From Candidatus Micrarchaeota archaeon (lineage in GTDB: Archaea > Micrarchaeota > Micrarchaeia > Norongarragalinales > SBBD01), in contig JBDRLB010000020.1 of assembly GCA_043813365.1 (NCBI GenBank), positions 1-29,069 of the forward strand: a stretch of DNA of 29,069 nt, given 5' to 3'. The notes under the pieces were generated by a model. The model searched no databases, had not been told where the DNA came from, and worked only from the letters and a program-made list of their open reading frames with translations. Within the stretch, counting starts at the first letter, position 1; the number at the start of each line of letters is the position of its first letter. This document shows positions 1 through 6,416 of this stretch, one piece after another. Both the position numbers and the translations under genes were made by a program.

Positions 1-44
1 GCGAGGAGAACGACCCGAGGCAGCGCACCCTCACATCTTATTAA
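1..44 (+). CDS. 3' end of a gene entering from the left (..EENDPRQRTLTSY*), possibly IS200/IS605 TnpA transposase C-terminus with PIP-box-like motif
   Basis: Frame from base 3 is open to TAA at 42-44. The terminal QRTLTSY resembles a PCNA-binding QxxLxxF/Y motif, and an IS200/IS605-like hairpin follows 9 nt later. Only 13 codons are visible. Confidence 0.35.
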   Translation, partial: EENDPRQRTLTSY

Positions 45-45
45 C

Positions 46-81
46 GGGGAAATCCTACGCCTTTAGGCGTAGGTAATTTAA
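46..81 (+). mobile_element. IS200/IS605-family right-end-like subterminal hairpin
   Basis: GGAAATCCTACGCCTTTAGGCGTAGGTAATTTA: perfect stem CCTACGCC(54-61)/GGCGTAGG(66-73) with TTTA loop, in the GAA-stem-TTTA-stem-TAxTT layout typical of IS200/IS605 ends. Confidence 0.55.
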
Positions 82-93
82 GTTGGGAATGCA

Positions 94-183
94 AAAACAA
101 TGGCTCAGATCGTAACTTCGTATCATCAAAACGCCTGAAGAGCGCTTTTCAGGAAGCTCGTTTATCATCATCGCCATTGCTTT
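94..183 (-). ncRNA. C/D box sRNA (2'-O-methylation guide)
   Basis: On the minus strand: terminal stem GCAATGGC(180-173)/GCCATTGT(104-97), C box ATGATGA(171-165), 12-nt guide, D' CTGA(152-149), internal hairpin, C' TGATGA(128-123), 14-nt guide, D CTGA(108-105). Confidence 0.85.
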
Positions 184-367
184 CCTCGAATGAGGGAAAA
201 GCACTGAGCTGGCGATCATGTGATTAGCGGACTTTCCTGAACTCTTTTTCCAATTTCTGCTGCTGGAGCCATCTGAACACCCCCTTTTCCTCCAGCGGCA
301 GATCAAACTAGGCGATAACGGTTAATATTCCGGATCAGGGGTAATTTCGGGTGATTTTCTTTAAGCG

Positions 368-610
368 TTAGCCTCCAGTCGGGTCCGGCATCAGCAACAG
401 CGTGTCATTCTCCTTTATCCCTACTTCCTGCAAGGTGGAATCCGGATTAAGTATTTTATTATCCTGCGTTGCAAGCACAAACCGGTCCTTCAGCTGCAGG
501 GATTCGGTAAGCACTTCCAGCACGGATGAAACCGTGAATTCCGGCTCAACCGCAAGCACGGTCTCCTTTCCGCTTGTTGTATGCGAAACTGTTATGTTGA
601 ATTCTGCCAT
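368..610 (-). CDS. Ubiquitin-like protein (80 aa, beta-grasp, C-terminal GG)
   Basis: MAEFNITVSHTTSGKETVLAVEPEFTV...NKILNPDSTLQEVGIKENDTLLLMPDPTGG aligns by eye with ubiquitin ([41 protein letters not shown]). GGTGG SD-like motif precedes ATG 610. Confidence 0.85.
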   Translation of the reverse strand: MAEFNITVSHTTSGKETVLAVEPEFTVSSVLEVLTESLQLKDRFVLATQDNKILNPDSTLQEVGIKENDTLLLMPDPTGG

Positions 611-671
611 AAGTACCACCTTGAGCTAATAAGCAGCCAACAATATTAATGCCTTTCGCCATAATATCTTC

Positions 672-974
672 ATGGCCGAAAAGAGGAAGCCAAGGGTTGT
701 ATCCGTGAAGAGGAAGCCGCGAGTGGTTGATGAGACGGATTATTCCCTTTTGCTGGAGAACAAGGAGCCGGACAACCTTATTCTTGGAAAGCGGGCCGAA
801 AGGAGGGAAATTCACGATTCCGCCCGTGACAAGCTAAGGGAAGACATGCTTGCAGACATCACCCCGGTGAAGCCGCCGCTCGAGCATCTGGAATTAGAAA
901 GGGAAATCGACGAGGATAGGAAGAAAAGGCATTCCATAGGAAGGAAAATCCGGAAGGTTGTGGGGCTGGAATAG
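672..974 (+). CDS. Hypothetical highly charged protein (100 aa), first gene of the JAB/RING operon
   Basis: ATG start, divergent from Ubl. Lys/Arg/Glu-rich with a duplicated KRKPRVV motif; no family recognised. Confidence 0.65.
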   Translation: MAEKRKPRVVSVKRKPRVVDETDYSLLLENKEPDNLILGKRAERREIHDSARDKLREDMLADITPVKPPLEHLELEREIDEDRKKRHSIGRKIRKVVGLE

Positions 975-1006
975 GCATCGCGTGAAGCAGGTTAAAGTCG
1001 GTAATT

Positions 1007-1552
1007 ATGGCAAGATTCAACGCTTACAGGCCCGAGCGAGAAACCTATCGCCACCTTAAAAAATTAAGTGAGAGAAATCCTGTAGATATAGACGGCATAT
1101 CGAGTTACGATCCGGAAAGGTATGCTCGAATGGCATCCGAAGATCCGGTAAGGACAAATGTTGCACAGCATAAAGTTCTGCTCCGCAAGGTTGTAGGTCG
1201 CGCCAGCGGGACTATAACTGCAACAGCCGCAGAAAAGAAAGCATTATCCGAATTTATCATAAGGGCACACGGGAATCCGCCGCTTTTTAATGTTTTTATG
1301 CCGATGACAGAAAAATATTCCGTTCCCTCCTCAGAACTGGAAAAATTCATTTCCAAGGTTGGAGGAAAGGAAAGGGCTTATCATCTACTAAGGCAATTTT
1401 CAGATAGCATAGCGATGATCGGCCTTCCACTTTCTAACAGAAATAGGATGGAGTCGCCAAACAAGCAGGCATTGCATTTGATGGATCATGCCATGGCAAA
1501 TATTTTATCAATCGCCGTAAAGGCGTGGCAACAAATTAAAGGCAAGGTGTGA
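1007..1552 (+). CDS. Hypothetical protein (181 aa)
   Basis: Long ORF ending 3 nt before the JAB start. Contains no Cys; no family recognised. Confidence 0.7.
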   Translation: MARFNAYRPERETYRHLKKLSERNPVDIDGISSYDPERYARMASEDPVRTNVAQHKVLLRKVVGRASGTITATAAEKKALSEFIIRAHGNPPLFNVFMPMTEKYSVPSSELEKFISKVGGKERAYHLLRQFSDSIAMIGLPLSNRNRMESPNKQALHLMDHAMANILSIAVKAWQQIKGKV

Positions 1553-1555
1553 CGG

Positions 1556-2038
1556 ATGCACGAACCCTATGATGCATACATTTCGGAAACAGCTCTTTCG
1601 AAGGCGGAGAAGCTGTTCGAGCATGCTGCAGCGCAAGGGCTGGAGGCGCTGGGGCTTCTGGTGGGGAATGTTTTCGTCCATAATGGGAAGCAGTATGTGG
1701 TGGTGGAGAATTTCATAACCGCTAAAAACCTTCCAACTGCAGTCAGCGTGAAATTCACAAAAGAAGCATTTACGGAGCTCTCAAAAGCATACAGTTCCCA
1801 TTTCAAGGAGCGCAAGCTCATTGTGGGCTGGATACACTCGCACCCTTCCTATGGCTGCTTCCTTTCACAGACGGACATCAACACCCAAAAACGGTTCTTT
1901 TCCTCCCCGTTCAACATCGCGATGGTTGTGGACCCTTTGCGCTGGAAGGGCGGAAGGATGGAAGAGAGGGTTTTTAGGGTTAGGGGTAATGATTTTTACG
2001 AAATAAGCTTCGCAATAATTCAAAAGAAAAGTGGTTGA
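1556..2038 (+). CDS. JAB/MPN+ (JAMM) metallo-isopeptidase, Rpn11/CSN5-like
   Basis: EALGLLVG ... IVGWIHSHPSYGCFLSQTDINTQ ... AMVVDP gives a full E-x(n)-HxH-x7-S-x2-D JAMM motif. Confidence 0.93.
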   Translation: MHEPYDAYISETALSKAEKLFEHAAAQGLEALGLLVGNVFVHNGKQYVVVENFITAKNLPTAVSVKFTKEAFTELSKAYSSHFKERKLIVGWIHSHPSYGCFLSQTDINTQKRFFSSPFNIAMVVDPLRWKGGRMEERVFRVRGNDFYEISFAIIQKKSG

Positions 2039-3107
2039 GTTGGACGAGATCCAGCAGAAAATTGATGTGGAAATGGAAGTACCCGCCGCAGAGCCGGCAC
2101 CAGCAAAAAAAATCAGGAAGAGGAGGATTTCCGTCCCGAAAGGCGAGGGCAGGCTTAAGCTAACGAAGTTCGATTTCATCCTTTTGCAGCTCATAAAGGA
2201 GGGGAAGAATAATTCCGATGAGCTGAGGGCAATTTTCAATTTGGAAAAGGCGGAATTCGACCGGAGAGTTGCGCAATTGAGGGAAGGGGGGTTTATCAAC
2301 GCCAATCCCGATTCCTCTTCAGTTTTCCTTTCCATGAGGGGGATAAACGATTATTCCATCAAATGGAAAAGCGCTGCGGATGACTGGCTGGGAAGGAAGG
2401 AGAGAAAACCAAGGGTAAGCAAGGAGGCAAAAACGGCCCAAAATGCCTCTGAAACCACAACCACTAATTCCGAACCCCTGCTTGATCTCGAGCATACGAT
2501 CCAATCCAAACTGCCGATTGAGATTTTGTGGAAGGAGCTCTCGCCGATGCATGAGAAAATTCTGGAGCTTCCAGAGGAGAAAAGGGCGCAGGAAACAATT
2601 GACATCATGGACCTGATAAGGAAATACGGCCCGACTGATAAACAAAAGGACCTCCTGAACAAAACTTCCCCATTCGTTGAGAGGCACATGAAGAACGGGG
2701 CTGCAAAGAAAAAAACAGAAGTGAAAAAAACACCTGAAACTCCCAACAGCAAAGGTTTGCCGGCAATTGTCCAACCCCCATCAACCTCCGAAGCGAATAT
2801 TCCCGCCCCTGCTGAAAAGCCTTTTTACAACCGGGCGATTTCAGAACTCTCAAAGCAGGCTGCCGAAATAGAGGAGAAGGGCGAGAAATGCGAGCTCTGC
2901 AAAACCGGCTTCCTTATTTCCGTGAAGCAGGAGGAGCATAACCCCAAGTACGGCCATTGCTTCTGCGGCGCCCCCTACCACAAGGATTGCTATGGGGGAA
3001 TAGTGAACGGCGATAGCAAATGCATCCGCTGCGGCCGCAAGCTCGGAAGCGGAGCTGATTTCAAGGTGGAGGATGCGTTCAAGCAGATACGGGACATATC
3101 ATTCTAG
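2031..3107 (+). CDS. N-terminal winged-helix plus C-terminal RING-variant (C4HC3) zinc-finger protein, putative E3 ligase
   Basis: wHTH-like LTKFDFILLQLIKEG..SDELRAIFNL..FDRRVAQLREGGFI, then a low-complexity linker, then C-x2-C-x19-C-x-C-x4-H-x2-C-x10-C-x2-C at 2889-3032. The GTG start overlaps the JAB stop by 8 nt. Confidence 0.75.
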   Translation: MVELDEIQQKIDVEMEVPAAEPAPAKKIRKRRISVPKGEGRLKLTKFDFILLQLIKEGKNNSDELRAIFNLEKAEFDRRVAQLREGGFINANPDSSSVFLSMRGINDYSIKWKSAADDWLGRKERKPRVSKEAKTAQNASETTTTNSEPLLDLEHTIQSKLPIEILWKELSPMHEKILELPEEKRAQETIDIMDLIRKYGPTDKQKDLLNKTSPFVERHMKNGAAKKKTEVKKTPETPNSKGLPAIVQPPSTSEANIPAPAEKPFYNRAISELSKQAAEIEEKGEKCELCKTGFLISVKQEEHNPKYGHCFCGAPYHKDCYGGIVNGDSKCIRCGRKLGSGADFKVEDAFKQIRDISF

Positions 3108-3138
3108 GCGGGAATCGGGGGCACGGATTCGGAACATA

Positions 3139-3912
3139 TCATCCTGGATGCACTGGGCAGTCCTTCCTTTTCTCAACCGTAAATGCGCGAAAACTATTTT
3201 TCCTTCCGTCATGCATCAGGATTTTGCCCGATAAATTCGGCTCGTTTTTCAGGCTCTCCATCCTCAATTTCAAGAATTCGTTCACCTGCATTGACGCAAC
3301 AATCGAATTAGTGGTGCTGATTGCCGGCATTTTAGGATCAATGAAATCGAGCACCTCCCCAACGCAGGAATAGCGCTGCCAGAGCAATTTGTAATCCGAT
3401 TTGCTCATCCCGCACTCGATGCAGCTTCCGGGCGCATTAACAACCTGCACCTTCCCCAAAAAGCCGGTTGTCCCTCCGTCAATCAGGGGTGCCTTCCCGT
3501 AAATATGCGCATTCAGGTGCAGCCTCGCGTTCAGGTTGTCGAGGCAGGAAAACGCGACATCGAAATTGCCAAAGAATGTTTCCTCCATCTCCTCGATTTT
3601 TTTTATTACCGGGGTGATTTCCGCATTTGGAAATAAGGTTTTGGTTTTTTCCATTATCACTGCCGTCTTCAGCCTCTTATTCTCCGCATCATCCGGCGAG
3701 AAGAAAACGCAGCGGTTCAAATTCGCCTTCACGATGACATCGAAGTCAACAAGCGTGATTTTCTCCACTCCCAGCTGCAATAGTGATTTCACAACCTCGT
3801 TCCCCAATGCGCCCGCACCAACAACAAGTACCCGGGATTCCGTTACGGGCTGCTGCTCCCAATTGCCGATCCTCTTCTGCCTGTCCAGGGGATCCTCGTC
3901 CACATCTGCCAT
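3139..3912 (-). CDS. E1-like ubiquitin-activating enzyme (ThiF/MoeB/E1 superfamily)
   Basis: VLVVGAGALG, VDFD..ANLNR, CLDNLNAR, PLIDGGT, CIEC, putative catalytic Cys in QRYSC (3364-3366), PAISTTNSIVA, terminal CPVH. Confidence 0.92.
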   Translation of the reverse strand: MADVDEDPLDRQKRIGNWEQQPVTESRVLVVGAGALGNEVVKSLLQLGVEKITLVDFDVIVKANLNRCVFFSPDDAENKRLKTAVIMEKTKTLFPNAEITPVIKKIEEMEETFFGNFDVAFSCLDNLNARLHLNAHIYGKAPLIDGGTTGFLGKVQVVNAPGSCIECGMSKSDYKLLWQRYSCVGEVLDFIDPKMPAISTTNSIVASMQVNEFLKLRMESLKNEPNLSGKILMHDGRKNSFRAFTVEKRKDCPVHPG

Positions 3913-3961
3913 GAATAACTATTGGCGCCATTTTTTTAATATCCTTGCTATTACCTTCCTC

Positions 3962-4807
3962 ATGCCAACGATCATGTTCAGCAAAGGCAACCTCGCAGGC
4001 GAAACCATTGCGAAAAAGCTAATCGCAAACCACGGTTTCAATGAGAGGGAGCCATTCAAAACAGCAGATGGGAAATTCGAATGGAAAACGTGGTCGGATG
4101 GCAAATTGAAAATGTATGAGCTCACAACAATGCATATTTTTTCCGACGAGCTCTCGAAATACCCTCTTTTCAACGAAACCGATCTGATAGTGATGCTCTC
4201 CACCCACAAAAGTGAGAGCAACACCGCATCCGTAAGCGTGCATTCGTGCGGCAATTTCGGCAATTCCAGCAAATTAGGGGGCAACCCCTTGGAGTTGGGG
4301 CATTCATCAGGCGCGGCTATAAAAATAGGTTACAATTTCCTTCTTGGCAATCCTCTTCCCTCTTTCGCAATTGCTATGGAAGCAACCCACCACGGCCCCA
4401 CCACCTGGAAACCCCCGATTGTCTGGGTGGAAATAGGGAGTGGGGAGAAGGAATGGACAAATGGGGAAGCAGGGGCGCTTATGGCAAAATGCGCCCTTGA
4501 GATCTGCGGCAAATGGAAAAAAGGGGAAAAAGCGCAGCCGGAAGATAAAGTGGCAATTGGTTTCGGCGGCACGCATTACTGCCCCAAATTCTCCAAATTG
4601 ATGATGGAAAACGGATACGAGTTCCCCTACATCTGCTCGAAGCACAATCTGGAGGATGTAAATGCGGAAATCATCAAGGAGGCGCTGGAAAAAAGTTCGG
4701 AAAAAATTGAAGTTGCGCTGATAGAGAAAAAGAGCATGAATGCGGCTTTGAGGGAAAAGGCAATCGCCACGCTAAAGGAAATCGGTTTGCCCTACGAATT
4801 GGTTTAG
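3962..4807 (+). CDS. dtdA: Archaeal-type D-aminoacyl-tRNA deacylase
   Basis: STHKSE, SVHSCGNF, MEATHHGPT, VEIGSGEKEW, AIGFGGTHYCPKF motifs. True start taken as ATG 3962 (MPTIMFSKGNLAG). Confidence 0.9.
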   Translation: MPTIMFSKGNLAGETIAKKLIANHGFNEREPFKTADGKFEWKTWSDGKLKMYELTTMHIFSDELSKYPLFNETDLIVMLSTHKSESNTASVSVHSCGNFGNSSKLGGNPLELGHSSGAAIKIGYNFLLGNPLPSFAIAMEATHHGPTTWKPPIVWVEIGSGEKEWTNGEAGALMAKCALEICGKWKKGEKAQPEDKVAIGFGGTHYCPKFSKLMMENGYEFPYICSKHNLEDVNAEIIKEALEKSSEKIEVALIEKKSMNAALREKAIATLKEIGLPYELV

Positions 4808-5451
4808 CGTCCTTCCTCTCCGAGTATGTCTGGGAAGTGATCCAGTTTCTTCACTTTTGTTCTTAGCTGCGTTTCGTTGAGCTTATCAACCGGTGCGATC
4901 AAAGGCTCGCGAGTAATTACGATTCCGGAATCCTCAAGCGGCTTGATTTTTCTGGGGTTGTTCGTGAGCAACGTCGCTCTCGCGATCCCGAAGTCCTTCA
5001 TTATTTTTATTGCGTTTTTATAGCTCCTTTTATCAACTGGCAATCCTAAGGCCTGGTAGGACGATACCGTATCGTGCCCCTGATCCTGTTTCATATATGC
5101 CCTAAAATGATCCCTGAAGCCGACGCTCCTGCCCTCATGCGACCATGCATATATCAATAAGCCCGCTTGGCTCTTCGAAATCCTTTCCTTAGCCAGGTCG
5201 AATTGCGACTTGCAATCGCATCTTTGTGAATCGAACACGTGCGCGAAACTGCAGGCGGAATGGATGCGTACAAGCGGCTCTTTCGACATCCACACGTTGC
5301 CTTTTTCCAGCACGTAGTATTTGTCCTTGCCGAACCTGTAAAACCACAATTTGAACTCTTCCGTGCGGCCATTAGACATCTTGCTCGGAAGTCTCATCGG
5401 GCCCAGTTTTTCTCCCCACTTTAACTTTGCGATCAAACTGGATAATGGCAT
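4804..5451 (-). CDS. ribA: GTP cyclohydrolase II (stand-alone)
   Basis: PLVRIHSAC..FDSQRCDC Zn motif, EGRSVG, AYMKQDQGHDTV, LLTNNPRK. Confidence 0.85.
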   Translation of the reverse strand: MPLSSLIAKLKWGEKLGPMRLPSKMSNGRTEEFKLWFYRFGKDKYYVLEKGNVWMSKEPLVRIHSACSFAHVFDSQRCDCKSQFDLAKERISKSQAGLLIYAWSHEGRSVGFRDHFRAYMKQDQGHDTVSSYQALGLPVDKRSYKNAIKIMKDFGIARATLLTNNPRKIKPLEDSGIVITREPLIAPVDKLNETQLRTKVKKLDHFPDILGEEGR

Positions 5452-5479
5452 AATCAGATTGCGAAGCGGAAGTTTATAA

Positions 5480-5749
5480 TTATTTCAACTCCTTCTTCAA
5501 TTCCTTCTCGAACTTCTCCAGCTCGTCCTTCAGCTTTTCAACGGCTTTCTTCATCTCCTTGTGGGGGTTCTTCGCCTTTATTTTGATGATGGGGTTGCCC
5601 TTCAGGGGATGCTCGTACGAGCTAGCTGCAAAAGTGACAGATTTGCTCTCGAGAAGCTTCTCGACTACCAAATTGGCGAATCCCATATCCTCCCCGGTAA
5701 TCATCAGTTCGAGATATTCGTCCTCATCCTTGAGTGTTTTCACATCCAT
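5480..5749 (-). CDS. rpoL: DNA-directed RNA polymerase subunit L (Rpo11)
   Basis: LELMITGEDMGFANLVVEKLL..VTFAASSYEHPL..PIIKIK signature; 89 aa. Confidence 0.9.
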   Translation of the reverse strand: MDVKTLKDEDEYLELMITGEDMGFANLVVEKLLESKSVTFAASSYEHPLKGNPIIKIKAKNPHKEMKKAVEKLKDELEKFEKELKKELK

Positions 5750-5757
5750 GCTTCCAC

Positions 5758-5952
5758 CTATTGCACCGGAGCCCTCACGACCTGGAGTGGCAGCGCGTTC
5801 TTCTCATACTCGAACATCGCGAGCTTCACGGCATTGAAAATGCCCTTCGGCGACTTCACAAGGCACGGCGCGCCCATTGCGAGCTGGAGCGACCTTGCGC
5901 CAATGAGCCTTGCGAGCTCGTATTTCGTCAAAACCATATGCTGTTTGGCCAT
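5758..5952 (-). CDS. rpoK: DNA-directed RNA polymerase subunit K (Rpo6)
   Basis: LTKYELARLIGARSLQLAMGAP ... AMFEY..NALPLQVVR signature. Start taken as ATG 5952. Confidence 0.93.
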   Translation of the reverse strand: MAKQHMVLTKYELARLIGARSLQLAMGAPCLVKSPKGIFNAVKLAMFEYEKNALPLQVVRAPVQ

Positions 5953-6077
5953 AAGCGACACCTGAAACATTATACCGATTGAGATGCTTACAACTAGTAA
6001 AACGCGTCATTCTTTTTGGATAAAGCATTTTTTAAAGGTATCTGGGAGCGTGGAGGGCGCAGCAAGAAGGCAGGAAG

Positions 6078-6148
6078 TGCGGTTGCCGGGAATCGAACCC
6101 GGGTCTCCAGCTTGGGAAGCTAGAATTCTGCCACTGAAACACAACCGC
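6078..6148 (-). tRNA. tRNA-Gly (CCC)
   Basis: GCGGTTG/CAACCGC acceptor stem, anticodon arm CTAGC-TTCCCAA-GCTGG, T arm CCGGG-TTCGATT-CCCGG, discriminator A. 71 nt, no encoded CCA, no intron. Confidence 0.96.
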
Positions 6149-6215
6149 AAAAGAAGGGGTACAATCCGGCAAGAGTAGGGGGATTCTTCCCCCTGGCTTG
6201 CCAAACACAACCGCA
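6137..6215. repeat. 13-bp direct repeat of the tRNA 5' end flanking a GC-rich hairpin
   Basis: AAACACAACCGCA at 6137-6149 and 6203-6215. Between them lies the hairpin GGCAAG..AGGGGGA-TTCT-TCCCCCT..CTTGCC (6168-6202). Confidence 0.7.
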
Positions 6216-6416
6216 TTTGGTGGAATAAGGTTTGGGAAAAACAATTAATAAAACGATTTGCAGAATGCCCAAAAGATTATTCCAGTTAAACCTTGATTTT
6301 TATTCCCTTATACAGCAGGTATTCCGGCATAATAAAAACCACTACACCGTCATAACGTTTTTAAACATTCGATTTGTAAGGTTTGACATATAGGTTATAC
6401 TTCACAGGTGGTAAAA

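Noticed and set aside
229..238. AGGAAAGTCC on the minus strand resembling the RNase P RNA conserved region I
   Set aside because: No complementary P4 partner or other conserved regions downstream, where the C/D sRNA lies instead.
55..306. 83-aa minus-strand ORF
   Set aside because: Runs through the C/D sRNA and the IS-like hairpin and has no protein-like motifs; likely spurious.
368..3912. Reading the Ubl cluster as CBASS-, Bil- or Bub-type antiviral defence, or as a MoaD/ThiS sulfur relay
   Set aside because: No cyclase, effector, E2 or cofactor-biosynthesis partner genes are visible and the context is housekeeping. A defence role is not excluded, only unsupported here.
3536..3961. N-terminal extension of the 423-aa ORF containing DtdA
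   Set aside because: Antisense to the E1 gene; DtdA-like sequence begins at ATG 3962.
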